A stretch of DNA of 64,000 nucleotides from an uncultured Chloroflexia bacterium (GCA_963765765.1 CAVXYC010000016.1:1-64000), one strand, 5' to 3'. Counted from the first letter of the stretch, positions 46,071 to 57,829 are shown. Made by a program: numbers and translations. Notes: generated by a model from the sequence alone, not told the origin.

Positions 46071-47444
46071 TCAGCCTCTGCTCAACGCCGCCAGCAGCGG
46101 TCCCATCTCTTCTTGCTCGTCCAGCGCCCAGCATCGCTCCAGGACCGCGCGGCAGCGATCTTCGCCGAGCGCCGCGCCGGCAAGTCGACGGAGTTTCGCT
46201 TCTACATCTGTGTCCGAGAGTGGGTTACTGGCATTGCCAAGCGGGTAGCGTAGCTCTGCCACGTGCTTCTGCCCGCCTACTGTGGTCACTTCCATCCGAC
46301 AGTTGAACTCCTTCGGATGGCGCGCGGTGAACTCAGGATTCTCAACCACGGTCATCTTGCCCAGCAGTGGCCTTAGTCTGGGATCACGAACGCGCAACTC
46401 CTCAAAACTCGCGGGCGAGATGTCGCCATCAGTGAAGGCCACGGCCACGCAGTACGGGATGCTGTGGTCGGCGGTCTCGCGCGTTTGCGGGTCCCACTTC
46501 GCCAGCTCAGTGGCTGCGTTTCGCATCGCAGTGCGGTAGCTATCGATGTGGATGGAGGCGATTTCCTCCAACGCCACCCGCGTCCGAAGCTCTTGCGCCA
46601 GACCGATCGGTCCCTGCGTATCGATCTGCGACGGGAACGACTTGAATGTGGTGTTGAGGATGCGGAACGGCTCGCTACCGCCGCCCATAGTGCCGATGGA
46701 GCGCTGCTCACCGCAGATTTGCTCCCAGAAGCCGTGCTTACCTTCGAATGACTCCGCCGGGCCGGTCATGCCAAGCTCGGCGAGCTGGGCCGCAAAGACC
46801 GCGGCGCGGTTTGCGCTTGCGGTGGCACAGCCCTTCCACATGGTGAGATGCCCGACGCGGGTCACATCCAGCGCGACATTCGGGACAACCGCCAGCGTGA
46901 TCGCCTGGCGCATGCGGGCATCGTCCAGACCCAAAATCTTGCCCGCGCCGCAGGCCGCGCCAATGACCGAGAGCATGCCCTGGTCCCACCCCAGCTCGCG
47001 CACTTCCATCTGATCCGATAGGCGGCAGAACACCTCGTAGGCCAGGACGATGGCGGTGATGACGTCCCGGCCGTCGCTGCGTCGCGGCTCGGCCAGAGCC
47101 ATGATCGCGGGAATCATGTCGCTCGGATGCCCGCCACCCGGATTGAAGTAGGAGTCGTTGCAGTCCAGGTAGCGAACGGCAACACCGTTCACGAACCCGG
47201 CCATATCCGGGCTGGTGGAAGCGGCCGTTCCCCAGATGCGGGTCGCCTGCGTCCCCGAGATCGACTCGCCCAGCTTGCGTGCAATGGTCGGCGGCTCACC
47301 GTCGAACCCGCCGATAGCACAGCCGAACGTGTCGATCAGCGTGCGTTTCACGGCATGCACGACCTCGGGTGGGAGGTCTTCATAACGCAGCGCGCAGGCA
47401 TACGTGCTGAGCTTCTCGAGCGTCTGATCCATGGGCAGGTCCAT
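46071..47444 (-). CDS. MmgE/PrpD family protein (2-methylcitrate dehydratase-like)
   Basis: RYLDCNDSY...GHPSD, MWKG, ETADHSIPY and PLG...NPLS. Confidence 0.92.
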   Translation of the reverse strand: MDLPMDQTLEKLSTYACALRYEDLPPEVVHAVKRTLIDTFGCAIGGFDGEPPTIARKLGESISGTQATRIWGTAASTSPDMAGFVNGVAVRYLDCNDSYFNPGGGHPSDMIPAIMALAEPRRSDGRDVITAIVLAYEVFCRLSDQMEVRELGWDQGMLSVIGAACGAGKILGLDDARMRQAITLAVVPNVALDVTRVGHLTMWKGCATASANRAAVFAAQLAELGMTGPAESFEGKHGFWEQICGEQRSIGTMGGGSEPFRILNTTFKSFPSQIDTQGPIGLAQELRTRVALEEIASIHIDSYRTAMRNAATELAKWDPQTRETADHSIPYCVAVAFTDGDISPASFEELRVRDPRLRPLLGKMTVVENPEFTARHPKEFNCRMEVTTVGGQKHVAELRYPLGNASNPLSDTDVEAKLRRLAGAALGEDRCRAVLERCWALDEQEEMGPLLAALSRG

Positions 47445-47605
47445 TCTCTATTGGCGGTGAGTGTGGGTCTTGATGCGTTGTACACCCTGGCTTGCGGTTC
47501 CGGCAGGGTCCTTCCCGGGCTCAGCTTTTCAGCACAGCCCATCCGCAAGTGCGTATCATTGAAGCTCCGCCACCTGCCTCGGACTACTGCCAGGAGTCAG
47601 TTACG

Positions 47606-48082
47606 ATGACTGTGTCCGCGTCCATCGCGAATGCCACCAGGAGCGATTTCGACGAGATCGTGACACATCTCGAGGACTTCTGGGGGGATCACGCGCCGGC
47701 GCATCTGCATCACGTCTCGCTCATCAACCAGTTCGGAAATTCAGCGTTTGTGATCCGTGAGAATGGCCGAGTAGTGGCTTATCTCTTCGGATTTCTCTCA
47801 CAGGTGGAGCCGAGTAGCTGGGTTCACCTGATCGCGGTACGGAAATCGCACCAGGGGCAGGGACTAGGTCACCGGCTCTACGAGCGCTTCATCGAGTTTG
47901 CGCGGGAGCACGGTGCGCACGAGGTCATGGCACAGACAAGCCTGGACAACCTCGGCTCAGTCAAGTTCCACAAGAGCGTCGGCATGGAGCTGCTGGGTGA
48001 GCCCGACGAGCGGGGTATCCCGGTGGTGAAGGACCGTGGCGGTCCGGGGAAGGACCGGATTGTGTTCAGGATGTCAATTTGA
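47606..48082 (+). CDS. GNAT-family N-acetyltransferase
   Basis: VHLIAVRKSHQGQGLG and SVKFHKSVGM. Confidence 0.88.
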   Translation: MTVSASIANATRSDFDEIVTHLEDFWGDHAPAHLHHVSLINQFGNSAFVIRENGRVVAYLFGFLSQVEPSSWVHLIAVRKSHQGQGLGHRLYERFIEFAREHGAHEVMAQTSLDNLGSVKFHKSVGMELLGEPDERGIPVVKDRGGPGKDRIVFRMSI

Positions 48083-48087
48083 GGACA

Positions 48088-48197
48088 CGAATGAAGAATG
48101 AGCAATTAAGAATTAAGAATGACTCGGGCTACGGTGAGTCTAGAGAGATTTCCAGCTCCGCTCATTCTGCATTCTTAATTCTTCATGCTTCATTCGT
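48088..48197. repeat. Inverted heptamer tandem repeat
   Basis: GAATGAA GAATGAG CAATTAA GAATTAA GAATGA ... TCATTC TGCATTC TTAATTC TTCATGC TTCATTC. Confidence 0.8.
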
Positions 48198-48215
48198 CGG
48201 AGCGGCGGACTAGCG

Positions 48216-50020
48216 TTGCGTCCTCTCCTTCGTCTTCTCCGATATCTCCGCAGCTACCGCCTCATCACCATTGGGGCGTACATTTGCCTCCTGGCCAACG
48301 CCGGGCTAACCCTGATCGTACCGGCGCTTATTGGCAAGGCGGTGGACGAAGGTATTGCACAGGGCGACTTGACCGCGGTGGCGCACTTCAGTTGGCTCAT
48401 TGTGTGGGTCAGTGCGTTGCGCGGGCTCTCGGCGTTCGGCCAGGGCGCGCTAGCCGAGGCATCCGCGCAGGGTGTGAGCTACCAGCTTCGTAAGGTGCTC
48501 TACGCCCACGTCCAGCGACTCTCGTTCAGCTTTCACGATCAAGCTCAAACGGGCGAGCTCATGGCACGCGCCACGTCCGATGTGGAAGCGGTGCGCAACT
48601 TCACCGGCCGCGGCTTGCTGCACACCATCCAGCTTGTGCTGCTGCTTGTGGGCGTCTGCGTTGCACTCTTCAGCATTCAATGGCAGCTTGCCCTGCTCTC
48701 GGTCCTGGTGCTTCCCGCGCTCGCATGGCGGACGGAGCGCTTCAGCCGACGCATCCGGCCTATGCACCGCGCCGTTCAGAACGAGCTGGCCGCGCTGGCC
48801 ACGCTGATCCAGGAGAACATCGCCGGTATTCGCGTGGTGAAGGGCTTCGGCCGCGAGCAGTACGAGATCGATAAGTTCGAGCGACAGAACCGGACCCTGT
48901 ACGACCGTTACCTGGCGGCCACGCGTGAGATGTCGCTCAACGGCCCCGGCCTCGATCTGCTTTCGAATATCAGCACGCTGCTCATGTTGTGGTTCGGTGG
49001 CGTGTTGGTGATGTCCGGCCAGCTCACATTTGGCGAGCTCATTGCCTTCTATACCTATCTCCTGCAGCTCGTCCTGCCGATCCGCCGCGGCGGATGGCTT
49101 GTCGCCATGGGCTCACGCGCTTCGGCCTCAGCGGACCGCATCTTTGAGATCCTGGACACTCCAGTGGATGTGCAAGACAAGCCTGACGCCGTTCCAGTGC
49201 CGGCAATCACCGGTCGTGTGGAATTCCAGGACGTCTCGTGCGCGTACTTCCCCGGACGGCCGGTGCTGGAGCATGTCAACCTGACGGTCGAGCCCGGGCA
49301 GACGCTGGCGCTGGTGGGCGGCACGGGCTCCGGCAAGACAACGGTGGCCAATCTCATCCCGCGCTTCTACGACGTCTCGTCCGGCCGCGTCTTGATCGAT
49401 GGTCTCGACGTGCGCGACGTGCAGCTTCAGTCTCTGCGGCGCCAGATTGGGATCGTCCAGCAGGAGACGCGCCTTTTCGCCATCTCGATTCGCGAGAACA
49501 TCGCGTTTGGCGTCCCGGATGCCACCGATGCCCAGATCCGCGCGGCCGCGCGCGCTGCCCGAGCGGATGAGTTCATCGAGCAGCTTCCGGATGGCTACGC
49601 CACGATACTGGAAGAACGAGGCACCGGGCTTTCCGGCGGTCAGCGGCAGCGCATTGCCATTGCTCGAGCGCTGTTGCTCGACCCGCGTATTCTCATTCTC
49701 GATGAATTCACCTCCAGCGTAGACCTGGCTACCGAGCGCCTCATCCGCGAGGCGCTTCTGCACTGATGCAGCATCGAACGACGTTCGTTATTGCCCATCG
49801 AGTCGCCACCGTGCGTACGGCCGATCAGATCCTGGTGATGGACGCCGGCCAAATCGTAGCCCGCGGCACCCATCAGCAGCTCATCGAATCGAGCCAGGAA
49901 TATCGGGAGGTCTACGCCGAGCAGCTCGAGAACGAGCGCACCGCGAGAGCGCCGCTCGAGACTGATACGGACGGGCCTGCCGATGAGGACGGAGATTTCA
50001 TCGGGGGCCCTTCGTGGTTA
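48216..50020 (+). CDS. ABC exporter, permease + ATPase subunit 1 (frameshift near 49765; 3' end uncertain)
   Basis: TM domain, [21 protein letters not shown] and FVIAHR. Confidence 0.92.
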
Positions 50021-50058
50021 GGGTGGACAAGATGTCAACCTGGAACACCGTGGGGCGA

Positions 50059-50161
50059 CCCCACCCCAGCCCTCCCCGCTGCGGCAGGGAGGGAGCCGGA
50101 TTCTCGGGATTCCTTAGTTACCAGCCCCCTCCCTGCCGCAGCGGGGAGGGCTGGGGTGGGG
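50059..50161. repeat. CCCTCCCCGCTGCGGCAGGGAGGG REP-like inverted doublet
   Basis: The same unit recurs at 62781-62915. Confidence 0.8.
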
Positions 50162-50200
50162 TCGTCCTCGCGTCGCAGTTAAAAGAGAAGAGCCGCATCC

Positions 50201-52021
50201 ATGTATGACGCCTGGAACAGCGGCCCGGGCTTGCGCGACCTTGGCGATGAAGAAGGCGCAATTTACAACCCTCAGGTAGCCAAGCGCGCCCTGGCCTACG
50301 CGAAGCCGTACAAGCGCCAGCTCTTCGTCACTCTGGCCCTCACGATCCTGGCGGCCGCGCTCAATCTGACAGCGCCGTATCTGGTGAAGATCGCGATCGA
50401 CGAGCACATCGCGGTGGGCGATTTCCAGGGACTGACGGTCATCATCTTGCTGACGCTGGCAGTGTACGTCGGTCAGTATTTCGCCGTCTCGCGCGAGAGC
50501 GTCATCGTCGCACGGGTGGGCCAGCAAGTCATCAGTAAGATTCGCTCCGACCTATTCCACCGTTTAGAGCGGCTATCCCCGGGTTACTACGACCGCGCCA
50601 AGGTGGGGGTTGTGGTCTCCCGAGTCATCAACGACGTCTCGGTCATGAACGATCTGCTCACCAACGGGCTCATTACGCTTTTCGGCGACGTCTTCACTCT
50701 GTTTGCCACGATCGGAATCATGCTGGTCATGAGTCCCAAGCTGGCGCTGGTGACGTTCGCGGTGATGCCGGTAATGGCGATCGCCGTGGCCATTTTTAGC
50801 GCCCACGCCAAGGTGGCATACCGCAATACGCGACACAGGATTGCCGCGGTGACGGCCGATTTCGCGGAGGCCATTGCCGGCGCACGCGTCGTGCAGGCAT
50901 TCAGCCGCGAAGACGTGAGCCAGGCCAATTTCGATCGCTTGAATGACGCCAATCGTCGGGCTCACATCCACGCCAACACGCTCTCCTCGGGGCTGATGCC
51001 GATAGTCGAGTTCACCAATGCACTCGCCATTGTCGCGGTCATCTGGTACGGCGGCGCTCTGGTACTGGGAGAAGAGGTGACGCTGGGCGTGCTGGTGGCA
51101 TTCCTTACTTACATCTCGCGCTTCTTTCAACCAATTCGTGAGCTCACGCAGTTCTACAACCAGCTCCAGTCGGCTACTGCCGGGGGCGAGCGAGTCTTTG
51201 AGCTCATGGATGAGCCGGTCACCGTGAGTGAGCGGCCGAACGCCGTGTCGCTGGAGCAGGTGCGTGGCGAGGTCGACTTCGACGACGTCTGGTTCGCTTA
51301 CGATGAGCGGCCGGTGCTGCGCGATATCGACATTCATGCCGATCCCGGGCAGATGATTGCACTGGTGGGACATACCGGCGCCGGCAAGACCACCGTAGCA
51401 AGCTTATTGGCGCGCTTCTACGATCCGACCCGCGGCGCAATCCGCCTGGACGGCCATGACCTGCGTGATCTCTCAATGGCGACGTTGCGGAGCAACGTGG
51501 CGGTGGTGCTGCAGGATAATTTTCTGTTCGCGGGAACGATCGCCGACAACATTCGCTACGGGAAGCTGGATGCGAGCGACGCCGAGGTAGAGCAGGCGGC
51601 ACGCATCGCCCACGCGGACGAATTCATCCAGCGCCTGCCAGACGGTTATCGGACACTGGTGATGGAGAGCGCCGCGAATCTCTCCCTGGGTCAGCGTCAG
51701 CTCATCGCGATCGCTCGAGCCGTCCTGGCAGATCCCAGGGTGCTCATCCTTGACGAGGCCACCTCTAGCGTGGACCCGCGGACCGAGGCGCGGCTTCAGA
51801 AAGCACTCCAGGCGCTGTTGAAGGGCCGCACTTCATTCGTCATCGCTCACCGACTGCCCACGATTCGGGCCGCCGACAGCGTGTTGGTCATCGACGAAGG
51901 ACAGATCGTCGAGCGTGGAAATCACGAAGAGCTCCTCGCCCGGCGAGGCGCCTACTGGAAGCTGCATCAACAGCAGTTCGAAGTAGCGCCGGCAGAGGAC
52001 GCGACTCCGGTCCGATCATAG
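50201..52021 (+). CDS. ABC exporter, permease + ATPase subunit 2 (heterodimer partner)
   Basis: GHTGAGKTT, degenerate signature LSLGQRQ, and ILDEATS. Confidence 0.95.
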   Translation: MYDAWNSGPGLRDLGDEEGAIYNPQVAKRALAYAKPYKRQLFVTLALTILAAALNLTAPYLVKIAIDEHIAVGDFQGLTVIILLTLAVYVGQYFAVSRESVIVARVGQQVISKIRSDLFHRLERLSPGYYDRAKVGVVVSRVINDVSVMNDLLTNGLITLFGDVFTLFATIGIMLVMSPKLALVTFAVMPVMAIAVAIFSAHAKVAYRNTRHRIAAVTADFAEAIAGARVVQAFSREDVSQANFDRLNDANRRAHIHANTLSSGLMPIVEFTNALAIVAVIWYGGALVLGEEVTLGVLVAFLTYISRFFQPIRELTQFYNQLQSATAGGERVFELMDEPVTVSERPNAVSLEQVRGEVDFDDVWFAYDERPVLRDIDIHADPGQMIALVGHTGAGKTTVASLLARFYDPTRGAIRLDGHDLRDLSMATLRSNVAVVLQDNFLFAGTIADNIRYGKLDASDAEVEQAARIAHADEFIQRLPDGYRTLVMESAANLSLGQRQLIAIARAVLADPRVLILDEATSSVDPRTEARLQKALQALLKGRTSFVIAHRLPTIRAADSVLVIDEGQIVERGNHEELLARRGAYWKLHQQQFEVAPAEDATPVRS

Positions 52022-52100
52022 GAGTGCGGGAAGCCCGCCCCTCCGTGCGCGCCTTCCGTGCCATCCCCCCAGACCACCGTGGGCGTTTCCTCCGACGATG

Positions 52101-52634
52101 TCAACGCTCCCGCATGCCCTGCCACCGACCATACGATTTGCGCTGGCGCTGAGCTGGGCATTTCGGACAGTCCTCGATCGATTCGTCCCTGCCGCGCTCT
52201 TTGGCTTTGTCGCGGTCGGTCGTTCCAGTTTGCTGGTTCGACATCTCGGTGACACGCCCGTTTTCCGCCACCGTCTGGTAGAAGCTCCTCAGCGGCCCGC
52301 TGGCGCTGCGTCCCAGGAGGACGATGGACCTGATGTCAGGTCGCCCGCGTAGATACTTGACCGCGAGGGCCACATCCGGGGCCTGGTCCTCGATCAGATT
52401 ACGGACTGTTGTTCGTGCCCACAGTGTGTGGATTGGCGCACAGCACGGTGTAGCCGCGAGAGGCGAGATGCTGCTGGAGATATGCCCCAGATCGTTCGAG
52501 AGCGGATGCATCGAGAGCACGGCGGTACCGGTCCGCTCGTTTGGTGTGACCGGCTGATAGAGCATGCCGGGCACGCGGGGGCCAAGCACGAGGTAGGTTG
52601 AGGTGAAGTCCTGTCGTGCGATCTCTGCCATCAT
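52101..52634 (-). pseudogene. Truncated alpha/beta-hydrolase-like fragment
   Basis: LASRGYTVLCAN / DVALAVKYLR...IVLLGRSASG (nucleophile-elbow-like). Frameshifted and short. Confidence 0.55.
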
Positions 52635-52670
52635 TCTCCCCGTGCTTCAGAAGTAAGAGCCGCTGAAGAA

Positions 52671-52777
52671 AACGTAGTGGCGTCCCTTTGCCCTTCACGG
52701 GCGCCACCTGGGTATCCGTAGCCGCGACCGGGAACTAAGATCTCCAAGTGGCGCCCGTAAAGGGACGCCACTACGTT
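52671..52777. repeat. GTAG-type REP inverted doublet
   Basis: AACGTAGTGGCGTCCCTTT ... AAAGGGACGCCACTACGTT. Confidence 0.8.
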
Positions 52778-52806
52778 AACTCACGCCTTCGCGAGTTGTT
52801 AGCGAT

Positions 52807-53913
52807 TCAGAGCCAGGGATTGACTGTTACGTGTACACCACCGGGCTCGCCCGTTCCGCCGGTCGTATGGATCGCCAGATCGACATCCTTCAGACCGAAT
52901 TGGTGCGTGCACATGATGTCCAGCGGGTACTTCCCACCGGCGATGCGATTGATGGCAAGCTCGACGGATGCGTAGCTGTGGCCACGCGCACTCTTGAGCG
53001 TGATGTATTTGCGGGTCAGGCGATCGAGCGGGAACTGATCGATCTTGCCGTAGTAGCCCTGAGCCACATACACGCCGGCCTTACGAGTCATGATCTCGAT
53101 GGCTTCGGTCATGATGGCTGCCGGCGCGCCGTTCGTTGTATCGACGATGACGTCTACCCCATGGCCGTTGGTGATCTCGCGCATCTTGCTCGGCAGATCT
53201 TCCTTCTGGACGTCGATCGTGTGGTCAGCGCCGAGCTGCTTGGCGACCTCGAAGCGCTCGGCGTCTTTGGTCAAACCGGTGACGATGATCATGTCTGCGC
53301 CGGCGATCTTGGCAGCCAGCACGCAGCCGAGGCCCTGCTGGCCAGGACCCTGGATCCAGACGATCTTGCCTGGGCCTGCACCACCCTCGATGCACGCCCA
53401 CTGAATACCGTTGCCAATAGGCAGCGCCAGCGCCGACTGATCATTTGGCACGTGCTCGGGCATGTGGTGCAGCACTGCTTGAGGCGGCAGATAGGTGTAC
53501 TGGCTGTAACCGCCCCACAGCGCGGGCGTGATTTTTGTGGTGGTTGACCCGTAGCGGAGCGCCTCGGAGTTTGCCGACGCGTCCGTGGCGAGACAGTGGC
53601 GGTATTCACCCGCCCGGCAATACTCGCAGTGAAGGCACGGAAGGTATTCCTCCACCGCCACCCGGTCACCTTCCTTCACACCCCAGATCCGCTCCGCAAC
53701 GCGCCCAATCTTGTGGATGCGACCGACGTTCTCGTGGCCCATGATATTGGGCGTGTTGCGGTCCCCGTGGAACCCATGCACGTCGCTACCGCAGACGCCC
53801 GCCGCCTCGACCTTGAGAATCGCGCCATCCTCGGGCACGTCGGGCATCGGGAACTCCTGGAGCTCCATCTTCTCGTGGCCGATCTTTACCGCCGCGACTA
53901 CTGTTTCTGCCAT
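52807..53913 (-). CDS. Zinc-binding alcohol dehydrogenase (MDR)
   Basis: GVCGSD, GHE, CLHCEYC.......C and GPGQQG. Confidence 0.93.
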   Translation of the reverse strand: MAETVVAAVKIGHEKMELQEFPMPDVPEDGAILKVEAAGVCGSDVHGFHGDRNTPNIMGHENVGRIHKIGRVAERIWGVKEGDRVAVEEYLPCLHCEYCRAGEYRHCLATDASANSEALRYGSTTTKITPALWGGYSQYTYLPPQAVLHHMPEHVPNDQSALALPIGNGIQWACIEGGAGPGKIVWIQGPGQQGLGCVLAAKIAGADMIIVTGLTKDAERFEVAKQLGADHTIDVQKEDLPSKMREITNGHGVDVIVDTTNGAPAAIMTEAIEIMTRKAGVYVAQGYYGKIDQFPLDRLTRKYITLKSARGHSYASVELAINRIAGGKYPLDIMCTHQFGLKDVDLAIHTTGGTGEPGGVHVTVNPWL

Positions 53914-53926
53914 TGGGGACTCCTAA

Positions 53927-53988
53927 GTGATGAGTGATGAGTGATGAGTCATGAGTGGTCTTGTCCATCGCTCATGACTCATCACTTG
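53927..53988. repeat. Inverted heptamer tandem repeat (GTGATGA)n
   Basis: GTGATGA GTGATGA GTGATGA GTCATGA ... CTCATGA CTCATCA C. Confidence 0.8.
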
Positions 53989-53990
53989 GT

Positions 53991-54993
53991 CTAGAGGTCG
54001 AGGGTGCTCGGGGCGTAGATCTCCTCCAGGGAGACCCGCCGCTTGGTGAGACCCTGTTCGTAAGAATAATCCGCCACCGTCTCAAGCGTCTTCAAATTGG
54101 ACTTCACGCCGTAGGGATACGGATCGATGTCCAGGGCGCCAGCCTGTTCCGGCGGGATCAAGCCAAGGTTGACGTGCGTGGCGGCGAGCTCCTTCATACG
54201 CTTCTGGACGCCTTCTTTGGCCAGGCGGAAGGCATTGAATATGTTGAGCGCGACCCACGGGTTTTCTTCGAGAATGGAGCGCCGCACGACCATGCCGTGG
54301 TTGATGGGGAAGATTCCGGTTTTCTGGAAGTACCGCCGCCCCTCAGCCACTGGATTGGGGAACAGTCTACGGACCTTTGGGTTGCCTTCAAACACGATCT
54401 TGGCGCGGTCTACGAGGTTGGAGTCCACGATGTACAGGAGAGCCGCGTCGAGCCGCCCTTCCATCATCATCGTGCCAATGTTCTCCTCGAGCCGGAATCC
54501 GATTGAACTTGAGTCCCTCCGGAGGCGTGAAATTCGTAGCGCCGCCGTGGCTGCGCTCCTCCGTCCGCTCCATCCACCACTCACAGTCCATCGGGTCCAC
54601 GCCAAACTCATGGAGGTTGACGCCACGCGACCAGAGCGCGGCGGTCTGCTGATACTCGGGGACGCCGATGCGCTTGCCCTTGAGGTCCTCAGGCTTGTCG
54701 ATGCCAGCATCCACTCGTACCCACTGTCCCGAGTGAAAGAATTGGCGGTTCGTGTAGATGGGCAGTCCGACCCACTCCTTACCGCCGTTGGCGATGTACA
54801 TGAGCAGGGACGAGAGCGACATCTCGGAGATATCGAATTCAGAGAAATGAAGCTGGCGCCAGAAGATCTCGGACGGATGGGCGACGGTGGAGATTAGATC
54901 GATGCCATCCGGCTGAATCGATCCGTCAAGGACGGGGCGTGACCTGTCGTTGAGCCCCATGACCATGCTGAGCTGTAGTTTTGCCACTTGCAC
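53991..54993 (-). CDS. 4,5-dihydroxyphthalate decarboxylase-like protein (PBP fold; frameshift near 54495)
   Basis: FWRQL...EFDISEMSLSS, DLKGKRIGVPEYQQTA and TGIFPINH. Confidence 0.85.
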
Positions 54994-55169
54994 CTCCTCG
55001 TGCGCGCTGACCTATTACGTCAGTGGTTCGTTCCGCGTTCGCCGCGGCACGGGTCCTAAGAATAAACCAGGGGAGCCTCTACGGACTCCCCTGCCTACCT
55101 CGCGGTCAGAGGGGAACCCGTGAGCGGCTCCCCTGGTTGCCGTATCTCACGGAGTATCGGACGGGCTGA

Positions 55170-56429
55170 CTAGAAGACCGCCTCGACCTCGCGTGCGAGC
55201 TGCGTCTCGTGCCACGGCACATCGTCAGGCAGAAGCATCTCCGCGGGCCGCACGTTGGCGCCCTGACCCTGGCTGCCGATCGGGTCCTTGCCTTCCTGCA
55301 CGTCCCGCGCTGCCTGAACCAGCAGTCGGCGCATGAAGATGATGGCCGTATCCGCAGCGCCGAGCTTCTCCTTGGTGCGATCGAAGATGTGGCCCATCGT
55401 CTCCTGCAGCGCCGCGTCCTGGGTATTGACGCCGCGGATGCCGACGAAGAGCTCGTTCTTCTCGACTTCGCGATCCAGGAACCAGTCATTGCTGCGGTTC
55501 GCCTTGAGGTTGAACGTGCCCGGGATGAAGTCCTGCACACCGCGGCCGGACTCGTGCTCGTGCACCTGCCAGTCCTCGTACGAAAGCGGCTGATCCTTGT
55601 TGCACTTGTAGTTGTAAACGTAGCTCGTGTTGTCGTCTCGTGGCACCCAGATGTGGCCATTCATGGCCCGGTTGCCTTCCTGCTCATAATCCGACGCGCG
55701 GATCTGATAGAAGGGCATGATGTACTGGTAAAGCCGCACGTAGTTCTGGCGATCCTGAGGCAGGTTCCTCACACTCGCGTACATATAGCCGTAGTCTGTC
55801 GTGAGCACTTCGATGCGCGGATGCGTGGAGCGAGCCCGTGGATTGGCCAGGCCCCTCTTGCTCAGGCGGCGGTGCAGGAATGACGAGTGTGACGTGTCCA
55901 GTCCCCCCTCGAGCGCCTGGACGTAGTTACAGTCCTGGTATGTCTTGGAGACTCGGCACCAGCCCTCTGGCGCTCGCATCCACTCGAGGTTCGGGGGCGG
56001 CGGTTGCTTCTCGCGCGGACCCATATAGGTATAGACGATGCCCGCGAGGACAACCGTGGGATACGCGGTCACCTTCACCTTGTGTTTGAAGTTCGACTCT
56101 GGAGGCTCGTTGGGCATGTCGACGCACGTGCCGTCGGCATTGAACTTCCAGCCGTGGTACACGCAGCGGAGACCTTCCTCCTCATTGCGACCGAAGAACA
56201 GCGAAGCACCACGGTGCGGGCAGTTCTCAGCGACCAGGCCGATCGTGCCAGCCGTGTCCTTGAACGCGACAAGGTCCTCACCGAGCAGCCGTACACGAAC
56301 GGGAGCGCTGTCAGGCTCGGGCAGCTCAGATTCGAGTAGCGCCGGCATCCAGTAGCGGCGAAGCGCCTCGCCCATTGGTGTCCCCGGACCAACCCGGGTG
56401 ATCAGCTCATTCTGTTCCTTGTTCAGCAA
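55170..56429 (-). CDS. Rieske non-heme iron oxygenase (phthalate 4,5-dioxygenase / LigX-like)
   Basis: CPHRG...CVYHGW Rieske motif; EGGLDTSHSSFLH; QD...QE.MG. Confidence 0.93.
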   Translation of the reverse strand: MLNKEQNELITRVGPGTPMGEALRRYWMPALLESELPEPDSAPVRVRLLGEDLVAFKDTAGTIGLVAENCPHRGASLFFGRNEEEGLRCVYHGWKFNADGTCVDMPNEPPESNFKHKVKVTAYPTVVLAGIVYTYMGPREKQPPPPNLEWMRAPEGWCRVSKTYQDCNYVQALEGGLDTSHSSFLHRRLSKRGLANPRARSTHPRIEVLTTDYGYMYASVRNLPQDRQNYVRLYQYIMPFYQIRASDYEQEGNRAMNGHIWVPRDDNTSYVYNYKCNKDQPLSYEDWQVHEHESGRGVQDFIPGTFNLKANRSNDWFLDREVEKNELFVGIRGVNTQDAALQETMGHIFDRTKEKLGAADTAIIFMRRLLVQAARDVQEGKDPIGSQGQGANVRPAEMLLPDDVPWHETQLAREVEAVF

Positions 56430-56559
56430 GAGGCACCTCCTTCAAGTCCTGCAAATCTGCGTCGTCGTTCAATCAGGCGTTCTATCCCGCGCCACACTGA
56501 CTCGATCATACGCTCGTAAAGCGCAATTCGGCCAGTGGATAGGTAATGTAAGGCCATGT

Positions 56560-57829
56560 GAGATGGATCGCGTATGTCAGAGTGTACGTCCGCCCACGAG
56601 CACCGTCAAATGGCTGATGTGCTGAAGTGCTTGGAAGCTAGCATCGAGGAACTGGAGCGCCGCCGGGAGAAAGGCGGTCCGCGCGGGATGCAAGGCCTGA
56701 AACCGTCGCCAGCAACGGGGCGGCCACGCCAGAGCGCAGAAAACAAAGGGCGCAGGGAGTGGCAAGGGGGCGGGAGACGCAGACAGAGACGGTAGATCAT
56801 GCTCTGGATAGGTGTAAAGACTGCGGCACCATGCTCAATGGCGGATGGGTGAAACGCAAAGGGAAGTACTGGAGATCACCCCGAGGAAGGCCCGCGTCAT
56901 AGAGCACCGCTTTCTAGAGCGCGAATGCGCGCTCTGTGGGACGCGCGAGAACTCTGCGGTGGACATAGGAGAGCGGGTGCTAGGTAGTAAACGGCTGGGC
57001 ATAGGCTTGATCAGTCTGATAGTCACGCTGCGCGAAGTAGGCAGTCTAAAGGTGCGGAACATAGAGGCCTATCTGGAGAAGGTACATCAGCTGCATCTGA
57101 GTGTAGGCGCAATTACAGCAGCCAGTCAGCGCGTGGCTCTGGCAGCAGCGGAAGAGGTGACGGCCATCAGTGATCAGATCAGCGCGAGTGCGGCGGTCAT
57201 GCGGATGAGAGCGGCTGGCGCACCGCGGGGCGCAATGGCTACATCTGGACCTTCAGCACGCAGCACGCGCGCTACTTACTACACGGGCGCAGCACCAAGG
57301 ATATGGTTGATAAGGCGCTGGGGAAGGCGTTAGACGGCGTGCTGTGCAGTGACTTCTACGCAGCGTACACGCATTACGAGGGACTCAAGCAACGCTGTTG
57401 GGCGCATCTGCTGCGGGAGATACATGACATACAGCAGATCTTCACGGAAGATGCCTCGCTCGGAACCTGGGCCGCGGCGGTACACGCGCTGTTCCTGGAA
57501 GCTCGCGACACGGTGTGTACAACGGCGGAGCGACGCGCACAGGCCGCCGCGGCGTACCGGCGGCGCCTGCTCAATCTCGTGCGACCCGTCGTGGCCGACC
57601 AGATGCGACGGCACGGCAGCTGAGAGAGCGCCTAGAGCGTTTCATTGGGGACCTGTTAGTGTTAGTGACGGAGAGCGGCGTTGCCACGACCAACAATCTG
57701 GCGGAGCGCGGCCTGCGGCCGCTGGTCACGCGGCGGAAGATCAGTGGCGGGAGCCGGTCCGCGGAGAGGACCGAGGCCACGATGGTGCTGGCGAGTCTCT
57801 TCGGCACCTGGCAGCTCCAGGCCCAGAAC
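56560..57829 (+). pseudogene. IS66-family transposase remnant (frameshifted, 3' end interrupted)
   Basis: Zn-ribbon C..CG; GVLCSDFYAAY, QRCWAHLLRE and TNNLAERGLRPLV.RRKISGG. Confidence 0.85.
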
